A DNA stretch of 64,000 nt from a virus (IMGVR_UViG_3300038345_000251:183248-247247), one strand, 5' to 3'. Counted from the first letter of the stretch, positions 51,416 to 61,064 are shown. Notes: generated by a model not told the origin, from the sequence alone. A program made the numbers and translations.

Positions 51416-52447
51416 TTATTTTGGGAAAAAATTATTAAGCCAACCATTTTTCCAAGCACAAGTATATGCTCCATTGCTACCTTTTTGAAATTGTGTTTTT
51501 GTTTTATATTTTTGTGCTTCTTGGAAACAAGTTTCGTAATTCCAGTAGCCTATTAATCTTATAAACCATGTATAGTCATCTAACCATTTATTTTTTAATG
51601 CAACTTGGTAAGCACTTTCATTTTTTGTTTTAAATTCACTTCTTGACTGATATTTTTGTGCTTCTTTAAAACAAGTTTCGTAATTCCACTTAACATGTCC
51701 ATCAACAAACCAGTCATAATCATTTAACCATTTATTTTTCCAAGCACATTTATAAGCACCATTACTTTTTTTAATAAATTCGTGTTTTGTTTTGTATTTT
51801 TGTGCTTCATTATAACAGGATTCTTTTGTCCATCCATTATTACCACCAACCGAACCACCTTTAACCTTATTTAAAACGTTTATATTCATATTTTTATATT
51901 TTTCAATATAAAAACATTCTAATAATTTAGCGTTTTTTTCTGTTAAATTTTTTTCTCTAATTAAAGGTTGTGGCAATTCTTTGTTTAATTTTGTAAAAAA
52001 GGTTTTAACTACATCATATATTATTTTTCCATTTTTTTTAGTACCATGCTTATGTTGATAATGACGTTCTTTAATATGATATGTTATTCCAACATAAACA
52101 CTATTAGAATCATTATCCCAATATTCATAAAGACAATATAATCTATTTAAATTAGATTTTAAAAACCAAGTATAATCATCAAGCCATCCGTTCTTAAGAG
52201 CTGATGAATATGCACCATTATTACCTTTACGAAATTCATTTCTTGATTGATATTTTTGTGCTTCTTGGAAACAAGTTTCGTAATTCCACTTAATATGATG
52301 CCCGTCAATAAACCAGTCATAATCATTAATCCATCCGTTTTTTAATACTTTATTGTATACTGTTCGGTTTTTTTTATTTAGTTCATTTCTTGTTTTACAA
52401 TCTTTAGCAATATTGTAACAATTTTTGTATGACCACTTGTTTTTCAT
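51416..52447 (-). CDS. GIY-YIG homing endonuclease flanked by ~45-aa helical repeats
   Basis: CLYEY...VYVGITY..KERH..H, LECFYI, VLN; five W.YE.C..EA.KY..R.EF.....AY..A.KN.WL repeats; likely ATG 52447. Confidence 0.75.
   Translation of the reverse strand: MKNKWSYKNCYNIAKDCKTRNELNKKNRTVYNKVLKNGWINDYDWFIDGHHIKWNYETCFQEAQKYQSRNEFRKGNNGAYSSALKNGWLDDYTWFLKSNLNRLYCLYEYWDNDSNSVYVGITYHIKERHYQHKHGTKKNGKIIYDVVKTFFTKLNKELPQPLIREKNLTEKNAKLLECFYIEKYKNMNINVLNKVKGGSVGGNNGWTKESCYNEAQKYKTKHEFIKKSNGAYKCAWKNKWLNDYDWFVDGHVKWNYETCFKEAQKYQSRSEFKTKNESAYQVALKNKWLDDYTWFIRLIGYWNYETCFQEAQKYKTKTQFQKGSNGAYTCAWKNGWLNNFFPK
51506..52288. repeat. 39-bp exact direct repeat within the endonuclease gene
   Basis: atatttttgtgcttcttggaaacaagtttcgtaattcca at 51506-51544 and 52250-52288; variant copy near 51650-51688. 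Confidence 0.8.
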
Positions 52448-52639
52448 ATATTTTTTTATAAAATAAAAAATAATTAATTTAATTATGTCGTATATTATAT
52501 TTAATAACATTTGTAAAAATTTTAATTTTTATTTTTTTTCCACTATAAAGTGTTTTTAAAAGAAATATTTTTTTTTACAAATGTGGCTTTTTATCAAACA
52601 AAAAATATACCAAATTATTTATATTATTGACAATTAAAT

Positions 52640-52649
52640 ACTATTTATA
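52640..52649 (+). promoter_or_regulatory. Putative phage late promoter ACTATTTATA
   Basis: 28 nt before ATG 52678. Confidence 0.65.
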
Positions 52650-52677
52650 TATAAAAATAATAAAATATGATTTAATT

Positions 52678-53934
52678 ATGGGATATAAAAAATTACAATT
52701 AGAAAGTTATTTTCCTGATGAGGAAATTACGAGATATGGTTTCATATCCCATATGGAAGATTATATCAAACAACTCTTAAAAAATCCTGAAACAGCAAAA
52801 GTTGATGATTACCTTACAAAGTTTGGTATTGGTAGTCCACAAGCACTTATGGCTTTAGTTAAAAGAAGTGACCCTTCAGATGAAAATAGTGCTGTTTTAA
52901 TTAGAACCGAAAAAATTAAACCTGATGAAGAAAATGCTGTAGAAGGAGCAATTGTAAAAGATAAATTTTATATTAAATATAAATTACCAAGAAAAGATTA
53001 TATGAAAAAAATGCGTAATCTTTTCATCAAAATGTTTGAAAATCATATTGTTGATAATAATCAGTTAAACGAAGGTGCTTGGGGTAAAGGCATTCTTGAT
53101 AATGATGCGGCACTTGATTATCAATCAACATTTGGTAAGGAAATTCTCAATAAATTTGTTATAGATATTCAAGGATGTACCGATTCTGGTAATCTTTGGG
53201 CAAAACTTGGTGTACTTATTGACTTTTTAAAGAAATATAAAGATGATGAATTGCAAGTAACAGATGAATATACTTCAACTGTTATGTTTGCAAGACAAAA
53301 ACTTGACCAATTATATAGAGATAAAAACTTTATTAATAGTTGGGAAAATTCAAATGAAATGGAATCAAAACTTAAACATCTTGATAAACAGTTATCTGAT
53401 TTTCTTTATGAGAAAAACATCTTAAATGTTCCTCAACAAGTTCCTCACACAAGTGTTCCACAACAACAACCAACGTTTGAATCTAAACTTAATGAAGAAG
53501 AAAATTGTTATGAAAGACCGTTATCTTCTTGTGCAAACATGATGGGTATGGTTACACCTGGTGGGCAATATGCAGAAATTTTAGATAAATGGTGTGAAGG
53601 TGTCAATAATAATGAAAAGGGTTATAAACAACATATTATTGACGAAGATGGTGAAGGTGGTGGAGAAGGTGGCACTATGGCAGGAATGGGTGGTGCAACC
53701 ACTTGTGGTGCTTCTTCAGGACAGTTTGTTCAACCTTTATTTGGCAAACCAATCAAAAAGAAAACCGTTTATTTAACACAGGAACAAGTAGATTATCTTA
53801 AAGAAGAAGCGGAATTAGATACAAGATTTGGTGACTTTGGTTATGATGTTCCTTTTGGAAACGGAAAACTTCAGAAAAAAGACCCAGCATATAATCATAA
53901 AAACATAATGAAAAAAAGTTTTGAAGGAGAATAA
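52678..53934 (+). CDS. Late multi-segment protein containing a DUF4259-like domain; possible head-internal protein
   Basis: LNE|GAWGKGILDNDAALD resembles the DUF4259 N-terminus; segments are separated by LNE/IDE/LKE sites. Confidence 0.5.
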   Translation: MGYKKLQLESYFPDEEITRYGFISHMEDYIKQLLKNPETAKVDDYLTKFGIGSPQALMALVKRSDPSDENSAVLIRTEKIKPDEENAVEGAIVKDKFYIKYKLPRKDYMKKMRNLFIKMFENHIVDNNQLNEGAWGKGILDNDAALDYQSTFGKEILNKFVIDIQGCTDSGNLWAKLGVLIDFLKKYKDDELQVTDEYTSTVMFARQKLDQLYRDKNFINSWENSNEMESKLKHLDKQLSDFLYEKNILNVPQQVPHTSVPQQQPTFESKLNEEENCYERPLSSCANMMGMVTPGGQYAEILDKWCEGVNNNEKGYKQHIIDEDGEGGGEGGTMAGMGGATTCGASSGQFVQPLFGKPIKKKTVYLTQEQVDYLKEEAELDTRFGDFGYDVPFGNGKLQKKDPAYNHKNIMKKSFEGE

Positions 53935-53936
53935 AA

Positions 53937-54146
53937 ATGTACACAAGTAATTTTTTATATGGCTCACAGTTTAATCCACAAGTTTTGAAAGATTTGAAAA
54001 AAATTAATGATGAACTTGAAGATGAAAAATCACAGGCTGAACCAGATAATGAGAAAATTTTAAAATTAAGAGAGAAACAATTAATGAGAGGAATGGAACT
54101 TCAAAGTACATATTTTAATAATTTTAGAAGAAACATTCCTTGGTAA
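53937..54146 (+). CDS. Hypothetical protein
   Basis: 69-aa ORF coupled to the upstream gene. Confidence 0.5.
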   Translation: MYTSNFLYGSQFNPQVLKDLKKINDELEDEKSQAEPDNEKILKLREKQLMRGMELQSTYFNNFRRNIPW

Positions 54147-54173
54147 TAATAAATTAAACAAAATTATTTTATA

Positions 54174-55058
54174 ATGGAAAGAATAATCACAGTTGGCGAA
54201 ATGAAAAAAATTATTGCGGAAAGTTCAAACGAATTCAAGGCTAAACTTGGACCAGGTGTTGAAAGCAAGGAAAAAGAAATCAACGGCAAGGCTATCAGTG
54301 ATGAAAAGAAAAGAGTAAAAGATTTTGACGGAGGTCTTTCAAAAGAAGTTGGTGAAGACAAAGCCAAATATGAAAAGACTGATGATAACAGAACAACTCT
54401 TGACTATGAGCCAGAAAATGCAACACCTGAATATAGAAGTCGTGTCCATGCACAAGCACTTGGATATGCATCTGAAAAAGAAATGAACAATGGAATTGAA
54501 AAATCAGGCGATTTTTCAGATAATGAAAACATCTACAAAGAATTCAAGAAATCTGGTGAAGAACATCAGGCTAATGTTAAATTAGCAAAAACTTCTGGTT
54601 TAGTTGGTAGGGAGTTACCTGAAAAAACTTTTGATAAAGACAATATGTACGAAAGTAAAGATGGTTTTGATATGAGACAAATGATGGACCGTCTTTCAAC
54701 TAATACTACAAAAAACTTTGTATCTGAAAATCAAATTAAAACTATTCATTTTAAAAAGACTGAATTTCTTAGTGAAAGACATATGATTAGTAAAATTCCT
54801 GATGATTTTAAAGTCGAAGGAACATCATTCAGAATGAAAGATAAAAATGCAAATGAATATCTTGTTGAATGGAAAAACAATAGAGCATATGTCGTAAATC
54901 ACATTTGTAAAGACCAATTAAATGAAGAAATGAATCGTATGAGACAACTTATGGGTTATAAATCATCTGATTCAATGACTACAAGTAGTAGTCGAAGTGG
55001 TGTGAACGATGAATCATATCGTTCAACATTAAATAAAATAAGAGATATTAAAGGATAA
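54174..55058 (+). CDS. Late protein, possible head-internal/scaffold-like
   Basis: 294 aa, highly charged; MKKIIAES and LNEEMNRMRQLMGY motifs. Confidence 0.5.
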   Translation: MERIITVGEMKKIIAESSNEFKAKLGPGVESKEKEINGKAISDEKKRVKDFDGGLSKEVGEDKAKYEKTDDNRTTLDYEPENATPEYRSRVHAQALGYASEKEMNNGIEKSGDFSDNENIYKEFKKSGEEHQANVKLAKTSGLVGRELPEKTFDKDNMYESKDGFDMRQMMDRLSTNTTKNFVSENQIKTIHFKKTEFLSERHMISKIPDDFKVEGTSFRMKDKNANEYLVEWKNNRAYVVNHICKDQLNEEMNRMRQLMGYKSSDSMTTSSSRSGVNDESYRSTLNKIRDIKG

Positions 55059-55065
55059 AAGTATT

Positions 55066-55797
55066 ATGTCAGAAGATAAAAGAAAATTAACAGAAGATAT
55101 GAAAACATCCCCAGATGAACTTAGTGGTGTTGTTGGCTTAATGGAAAGAGTACACAGGTTTATCAGTAGAAATGGTTTAAAGGGAACATTTACTTCTTTG
55201 TTAACATTATTTATTGCAGCAGTAGTGGGATTCTTTATCTTAAATCCTGGTGCTTTCTTTGAAAAATTCCAAGATTTCACACAAACAAAACACGAAGAAG
55301 CAATTAAACAAAGATTAGAAAACGACCCTAAAATTAGAACAGCATTGGCTTATTTTAGAGCAGAAACTGGTGGTGACAGAGCATATGTTTTGGAAGCACA
55401 TAATGGTGGTGGTAATTTAAACAACTTACCATTCCTTTACGCAGACTTAACATATCTTGAACCAAAAGGGTTATATAACTATGTAGAAGCAGAATATAAA
55501 AACTTCAGATTGTCAAGATACCCTTGGGCTTCTTATGTAATAGAACAGGGAATATGGTTTGGTCCAATTGAAGATTGTAAAGAGTTAGACCCTGAATTAT
55601 ATTACAGACTTAAAAATGAAGATGTTGCTTATATGGGGATGTATGTTATGCATGGAAAATCAGGATTACCTTCAGCATGTTTAGGAATTGTATTTAATTA
55701 TAATGAAAATGGTGAAGTACCTGATAAAAAGCAAATGGTAAAATCAATGCAAAAATACGCAAATTTAATTAATCCGTATTTAATTACAAATGAATAA
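55066..55797 (+). CDS. Putative holin-like protein (single TM + GAF-like domain, T4 T architecture)
   Basis: One TM near residues 42-60, then DRAYVLEAHNG...LGIVF GAF-like pattern. Confidence 0.45.
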   Translation: MSEDKRKLTEDMKTSPDELSGVVGLMERVHRFISRNGLKGTFTSLLTLFIAAVVGFFILNPGAFFEKFQDFTQTKHEEAIKQRLENDPKIRTALAYFRAETGGDRAYVLEAHNGGGNLNNLPFLYADLTYLEPKGLYNYVEAEYKNFRLSRYPWASYVIEQGIWFGPIEDCKELDPELYYRLKNEDVAYMGMYVMHGKSGLPSACLGIVFNYNENGEVPDKKQMVKSMQKYANLINPYLITNE

Positions 55798-55960
55798 AAA
55801 ATATATTCCACCTGCAATACTTAAAGAAGTAACGCTTAATGTTTCACATGATTTATTATCTTCGTCAGTAGTTACAAGTAATACAGAAGTTGAATCAATG
55901 GGACAAGAAGTTGTAGATTATGATTTTTCTTCATATGGTTGGAATTTGGATTGGGAATAA
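55790..55960 (+). CDS. 56-aa peptide with MxKKYxPP leader (not in ORF track)
   Basis: MNKKYIPPAILKEVTLNVSHDLLSSSVVTSNTEVESMGQEVVDYDFSSYGWNLDWE*; overlaps the upstream stop and exactly fills the gap to a terminator. Confidence 0.65.
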   Translation: MNKKYIPPAILKEVTLNVSHDLLSSSVVTSNTEVESMGQEVVDYDFSSYGWNLDWE

Positions 55961-55962
55961 AT

Positions 55963-55996
55963 GAAAAAGGCGAGTTATTTAACTCACCTTTCTTTT
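55963..55996. terminator. Bidirectional intrinsic terminator
   Basis: aaaggcgagtt-attt-aactcaccttt between convergent genes; similar to the 22142 hairpin. Confidence 0.7.
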
Positions 55997-56428
55997 TATA
56001 ATTTCACTTACAGATTTGCCATCAAATCTACCTGCATATTTTTCATTCATTACCTTCATAACTTTACCCATATCTTTCATTCCAGTTACATTAAGTTCGG
56101 TAATTAAACTTTCTACAATACTTGTAATTTCTTCATTAGTAAGTGCTTTAGGTATATATTCTTCAAGAATTAGTCTTTCAGACTGTTCTTTATCAGCAAG
56201 TTCGTTTCTATCCGCTTGACGATAAATCTCTTCAGATTCAATTCTTTGTTTGATTTGTTTCTGAATGATTTTTGTTACGTCAGCATCAGTTAGTTCATGA
56301 TAAGAACCTGTTGTCTTTTCGTTTTGAATTGCAGTTTTTACTGCACGAAGTGCTGCAAGTTTTGTTTCATTCTTTGCTTTCATTGCAACACCAATTTCTT
56401 TACTAATTTTTTCTTCTAACTTTTCCAT
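55979..56428 (-). CDS. yqeY: GatB/YqeY domain protein
   Basis: AMKAK....L.ALRAVKTAI.NE, KQIKQR.ES.E.Y....R.ELA.KE, GMKDMGKVM. Confidence 0.9.
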   Translation of the reverse strand: MEKLEEKISKEIGVAMKAKNETKLAALRAVKTAIQNEKTTGSYHELTDADVTKIIQKQIKQRIESEEIYRQADRNELADKEQSERLILEEYIPKALTNEEITSIVESLITELNVTGMKDMGKVMKVMNEKYAGRFDGKSVSEIIKRKVS

Positions 56429-56429
56429 A

Positions 56430-56732
56430 TTAAATTGTTTTAATATCCCAAAATGATTCATCAATTGCTTTGCTAATTTCTTCAGAAAGTTTTGAAAAGT
56501 CTGGTTTTGGACTTAACGATTTTATTAACGTTTTTGTTAAATCATTATTTGCTTTTTTTAAATGATAATATTTAAAGAATCTTCTCCATTTTACCCTTTG
56601 TCTTTTATTTTTGAATGGAATTGGAGAATAAGCAAGTTTTTCAAGTTTCTTAAATAAATTACTTTGATGATATGAAATAATCTTAATCTTCTTCTCCGTC
56701 CTCCAACTCATCATCTGTATCGTCTTCCCCAT
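56430..56732 (-). CDS. Hypothetical basic protein
   Basis: 100-aa ORF overlapping the upstream gene; start uncertain. Confidence 0.4.
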   Translation of the reverse strand: MGKTIQMMSWRTEKKIKIISYHQSNLFKKLEKLAYSPIPFKNKRQRVKWRRFFKYYHLKKANNDLTKTLIKSLSPKPDFSKLSEEISKAIDESFWDIKTI

Positions 56733-57111
56733 CGTTTAAAATTTCTTCAGTATTTCTAAACTCTCTATACATTTCCATTGTTTCAGACATTTCAGCATCA
56801 TATTGATTCTTTAATATTGTTTCAGGTAATTCAAGTTCAAACCCTAATGCTTCTTTTGCCTTAATTAAATTGGCAAATGAATTAAATAAAAAGTTTTCAG
56901 TACGAGACAATTTTTCATATGTTTCATCACTAACTTCTTCATTATCCGTGTCTTCAACAATTTTAATAGTGTTACCATCTTCGTCTGTAATAATATTATC
57001 ACCAGCTGCAATCATCATTTTTTCTGTTAAAATATTAATCATTCTAGCGAATAATGGTGATATTAATTTAACGTTCTTTTCTAATAAATTTAAAATATCT
57101 TCTATTTTCAT
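56683..57111 (-). CDS. Hypothetical acidic protein
   Basis: Likely ATG 57111; Bacteroidota-type -7 element TATTTTTG at 57127-57134. Confidence 0.55.
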   Translation of the reverse strand: MKIEDILNLLEKNVKLISPLFARMINILTEKMMIAAGDNIITDEDGNTIKIVEDTDNEEVSDETYEKLSRTENFLFNSFANLIKAKEALGFELELPETILKNQYDAEMSETMEMYREFRNTEEILNDGEDDTDDELEDGEED

Positions 57112-57140
57112 AAGCGTAATTTTTAACAAAAATACAAAAA

Positions 57141-57917
57141 CTATTCTTTAAAAACAAGTTTTTTAGTATCAGGATTCAGTTCAAGTTTTAGAAATCCCAT
57201 ATCACTATTATCATACCAAGGATAATAACTTTCAGAAACAAAAGATGCGTTTGCCATCCAAGTATCATCAACACATTCAAGTAAATGATTTCCACTATGA
57301 ATATGCCCACAAAAAGAAAGATATGGCTTCTTTTCTCTTACAGCATCAGCAAGTATAACGTTACCTGCGTTAACACCAGATTGAAAACCTGAATTAATCA
57401 TACCTAAACCGTTAATATCAGGTGCATCGTGACTAATCAAAATGTCACAGTTTTCAGGAATTTTACTAAATTTTTCTTTAAGTTTCTCATTGGAAACCAT
57501 AAATGCCCAATTACCAAATATCTTACAATAAGGTGTACCAAATATCTTTAATATGTTAATACCATTACTATCCAAAAATTCCCAATTGTATTCTTCATTT
57601 TTGAGAACAATGATTCTGTTATTGGTTTTCTTATAAAACTCTGTTAAACTATCTTTGTTGATTCTTTCACCAACAAAGTCATGATTACCCCAAGTCATCA
57701 CCACTTTACAGAAAGATTCACGCAATGGGTCAGCAGGAAGTGGAAGATGATTAATCCAATCTGCAAAATCATTCATAAACCAATCTAACTGCCAAGAGAA
57801 ATAATGGTCGTGTACAGGACATATGTCACCACAAATCAATAATAAATCAAACGGTTCTTTCACTTCTGGAAGATAACCGTGTAAATCCGATGTTACAAAT
57901 ATTTTTATATTTTCCAT
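57141..57917 (-). CDS. Calcineurin-like metallophosphoesterase
   Basis: SDLHG, CGDI, WGNHD, ILISH, CGHIH. Confidence 0.9.
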   Translation of the reverse strand: MENIKIFVTSDLHGYLPEVKEPFDLLLICGDICPVHDHYFSWQLDWFMNDFADWINHLPLPADPLRESFCKVVMTWGNHDFVGERINKDSLTEFYKKTNNRIIVLKNEEYNWEFLDSNGINILKIFGTPYCKIFGNWAFMVSNEKLKEKFSKIPENCDILISHDAPDINGLGMINSGFQSGVNAGNVILADAVREKKPYLSFCGHIHSGNHLLECVDDTWMANASFVSESYYPWYDNSDMGFLKLELNPDTKKLVFKE

Positions 57918-57920
57918 ATC

Positions 57921-58865
57921 TTATTCTATTAATTTTAATGGTTCTTTAAATACAGCAAGTTGGTCTTCAAAGAAGAACGTTTTATCCATTTCGTTAATTT
58001 CAAGTCCCTTATAGAGTTTCCAAATCTGGGGAAAGAACGTAGTAGAGGCTTTCTTTAACGTTTCTACGCCTGTATAAACGTTTTTTCTGATATAAGCATC
58101 TACTTTATTACCATTAGAATTAACGATGTTTAAACGGCTAATTTGTACCAATTCTGCACGAACTTCGATACCAAGAGTTTCTTTAACCTGTTTTTCAAGT
58201 AACTCTAACATTGTTTGTGTAGGCATATTGATAAGTGTGCCTATTTTATATACAATTTCATCACTATTCAAAGAATAAAGTTGAAAAGTAAATAAATCAT
58301 TAATAAAAAGTTGAGAGAAAAGTTTATGAATCTGATAAATCAGATATTTTTCAACCTTAATCTGACGTTTTGGATTAAGTTTACCAAAGATTACCTGTCG
58401 AAGATACTTGGAATCAGCGAAGTAATCAGTACCGTTATTTCTATGAATGAAATCTTTATAAGTTTCATCTTTCAAAACACCGACATACTTTAAAGCCTGG
58501 AAGTTTGCTTTCTTCAAGTCAATAGACAAGAATATTCCACCTTCACTTTCTTCATTATACAAACTATGTTCACCGACACCAAGGTTAGGAATGTCATATT
58601 TTGACAAATCAGACTGATTAAATTCTTTGTATTCCTCACTGTTTTCAAGACTAAAAATAATATTATCCCTAATCTTTGCATAGTGTGCCAACCATTCATC
58701 AACGTTATCGTTAAATAACTTGATTTCGTTATTCATTCGATATTCAGCATCAAATGGCCAAAATTCTTTATACAAATCTCTATAATAAGAAAACATTTCC
58801 TCATTAAAAATATTAATAGGAAGATTGTAATCTTTAGTAAAACGTAAATTCTTTTTATTACTCAT
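57921..58865 (-). CDS. Hypothetical protein with polymerase palm-like motifs
   Basis: FLSIDLKKANF, RQVIFGKL, LNSDEIVY. Confidence 0.45.
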   Translation of the reverse strand: MSNKKNLRFTKDYNLPINIFNEEMFSYYRDLYKEFWPFDAEYRMNNEIKLFNDNVDEWLAHYAKIRDNIIFSLENSEEYKEFNQSDLSKYDIPNLGVGEHSLYNEESEGGIFLSIDLKKANFQALKYVGVLKDETYKDFIHRNNGTDYFADSKYLRQVIFGKLNPKRQIKVEKYLIYQIHKLFSQLFINDLFTFQLYSLNSDEIVYKIGTLINMPTQTMLELLEKQVKETLGIEVRAELVQISRLNIVNSNGNKVDAYIRKNVYTGVETLKKASTTFFPQIWKLYKGLEINEMDKTFFFEDQLAVFKEPLKLIE

Positions 58866-59190
58866 ATTGATTTAAATATTTTTTAATTTCAAATATATGT
58901 TTATTTTTGGTTGTATAAACCTTTACATCATCACCAACTTTTAATGAGTTATAACAGTCATAAGTTGTTTCAAATGTTTTTTGATTTTTACAAGAATCAA
59001 TTACAACAACGTAATAATCACAATTAAATTCTTCACGTTGATTAGTTCTTCCATGTATTTGCATTTTTTTACTATCAAATACAAAACCAGTAACAACACA
59101 TTCTGGCTCAAATACCTTTTTTTCAAAGATATATGAACAAGAACTAGTTAAAATCATAAATAGGAACAAAAATAAAATTATTCGTTTCAT
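58858..59190 (-). CDS. Predicted lipoprotein
   Basis: MKR + hydrophobic + LTSSC lipobox; YNSLKVGD OB-like tail. Confidence 0.6.
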   Translation of the reverse strand: MKRIILFLFLFMILTSSCSYIFEKKVFEPECVVTGFVFDSKKMQIHGRTNQREEFNCDYYVVVIDSCKNQKTFETTYDCYNSLKVGDDVKVYTTKNKHIFEIKKYLNQYE

Positions 59191-59193
59191 AAA

Positions 59194-59424
59194 TTATTCA
59201 ATTACAGTACAAAAAATTCCATAAGTATAATATAATCTGTCTTGAAGGTCTTCTACGTTTTTACAGTAGTATTCTTCAAGGTATTTATTGACATTCTCAG
59301 GGTAGATTCTCATAATACCATTTTGTTTGTCAATAATATCTTTTCGATGTGTAATTTCCTGTTTAAAGTCAGGATTATTATTAACCATGTCTTTAAAATC
59401 ATCTAATGATAAAACTTTTCCCAT
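59194..59424 (-). CDS. Hypothetical protein
   Basis: Likely ATG 59424, behind the promoter at 59450-59480. Confidence 0.5.
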   Translation of the reverse strand: MGKVLSLDDFKDMVNNNPDFKQEITHRKDIIDKQNGIMRIYPENVNKYLEEYYCKNVEDLQDRLYYTYGIFCTVIE

Positions 59425-59449
59425 AATTTTATTAATTAATACCTTTTTA

Positions 59450-59489
59450 CAAAAGTACAAATTTAATACCAAATTTCAAACTATTTATA
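59450..59489. promoter_or_regulatory. Back-to-back promoters: TTTG-N19-TACTTTTG (-) overlapping ACTATTTATA (+)
   Basis: caaaagta 59450-59457, caaa 59477-59480, actatttata 59480-59489. Confidence 0.7.
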
Positions 59490-59505
59490 TAAAAATGTGT
59501 TTATT

Positions 59506-60690
59506 ATGCTTTTAGAAGAGGAAAAAGATTTATTAAAGGAAGAATTTATATTCACGAATGTCAATCCTGGGTATCGTGGATATTTTTTAAAGCCTGATGG
59601 TACAAAAAGATGGGTAAGTTTTGAAGAAGCTGAAAAACTTGTATCATATAAAAGAATGGAAAAACTTGCACAAGAAAAAAGCAAGGCAGCAGTCTTTGCT
59701 TTAAAAAACAGCATAATGTTTACATCAGATAAGTCAAATATTGACGATATAACAGCAAAACTTGAATGGTTAGGTAATGATTCTTGGTATGATGAAAATA
59801 ACTTTTTCTTTGTTAAAGATTTTCCTAAATTTGAAGGAAAGACAATCGCTTTTCAAATAAGAGTTTCTGACCATAAATTAGTACCAAGTAGATGGTATTT
59901 TTCACATGTAAAAAGATTTATGGATGTTCATAATCAAAAAGATGCACAATATAGTCAATTTGCTTTTAATATTATTATTGATGAAAATAACCGTTTTTCT
60001 AAAGAAGAAACTGAAAGAATAATGAGATATTCTAAAAGCGAAGGTATTTTTGTAATTAATTGTAATTTTGATGAAGAAGAAAAGTCACCTGAACAAAACC
60101 TTAAAATTGCGGATTTTATTAAAAAAATTATAACGGGACAACGTCCAACAATGTCTTATAATGAATTGTATCAATTATTCGGTAAAAACGATGGAACAGG
60201 ATGGGAAGAAAAAGAATATGGTAGTGGATATAATGATATTAATTTCACTCAAAGAAATAACATTGCTCCAAGATTTTCAAGAAAATTTAATTTCATTAAT
60301 TCAGGTGATGAAGAAGTCAAACAACCAATTACATCTATAACATTTACTGAATTAGAAAAAATAATGTCTGATAATACAATAAAAAAATCTAATGTATATT
60401 TAGATGAAAAAAACAATGTTGTATCAAAAGATGTATATGATAATTTAAAGGATAAAAGTAATATTAAACAAGGTATCGTTTTTAATTATAATGGATTTCC
60501 TTATTTCTATTATGATGATAAAATGGAAGTATATAGAGTTAAAAGCAAAGACGGTAAATTATATTTTAATGGTAAAAATTTAATACCTGTTACTGTGATA
60601 ATGGAACATAAACTATATTTAACATATAACGATATGTATAATATGATTAATGAATGCGTTAAACGAATAATAAAAAAGAGACTTAATTAA
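59506..60690 (+). CDS. Late protein of unknown function, possible head-internal protein
   Basis: QIRVSDH motif; C-terminal KLYLTYNDMYNMINECVKRII. Confidence 0.55.
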   Translation: MLLEEEKDLLKEEFIFTNVNPGYRGYFLKPDGTKRWVSFEEAEKLVSYKRMEKLAQEKSKAAVFALKNSIMFTSDKSNIDDITAKLEWLGNDSWYDENNFFFVKDFPKFEGKTIAFQIRVSDHKLVPSRWYFSHVKRFMDVHNQKDAQYSQFAFNIIIDENNRFSKEETERIMRYSKSEGIFVINCNFDEEEKSPEQNLKIADFIKKIITGQRPTMSYNELYQLFGKNDGTGWEEKEYGSGYNDINFTQRNNIAPRFSRKFNFINSGDEEVKQPITSITFTELEKIMSDNTIKKSNVYLDEKNNVVSKDVYDNLKDKSNIKQGIVFNYNGFPYFYYDDKMEVYRVKSKDGKLYFNGKNLIPVTVIMEHKLYLTYNDMYNMINECVKRIIKKRLN

Positions 60691-60703
60691 GCCTCTTTTT
60701 TTT
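60672..60703. terminator. Bidirectional terminator over overlapping convergent stops
   Basis: aaaaaagagactt-aatt-aagcctctttttttt. Confidence 0.65.
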
Positions 60704-61031
60704 CAATCATAAACTCGTAAAAACCAGTTTCATAAAATATCCCAAAACAAATGATATTGTTTCTTTCAAGAAACTCAATAGCCTTGTCAATAAACTTTGC
60801 ATAATCAGTTTCATATATACGACCAGGTTCATCTTCACCGTATTCTGTATATATAGCGTTTATTTCATCGTTATGAGAAACATTTACAAAGTCAAATCCA
60901 TAAATTTTATGAATTCTATTATAGAAATATTTTAAATACCTTTTAACAAGTTTTAAATCGTTATAGGTTTTCTTTTTACTCTGAACACCATAAAAACGGT
61001 CAGTGATAGTAAGTTCGTACATATTCTTCAT
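60687..61031 (-). CDS. Hypothetical protein
   Basis: 114 aa behind a Bacteroidota-type promoter. Confidence 0.55.
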   Translation of the reverse strand: MKNMYELTITDRFYGVQSKKKTYNDLKLVKRYLKYFYNRIHKIYGFDFVNVSHNDEINAIYTEYGEDEPGRIYETDYAKFIDKAIEFLERNNIICFGIFYETGFYEFMIEKKEA

Positions 61032-61064
61032 TTTTTAAAAGTTACTGTTTTTTGTTTTACGATG

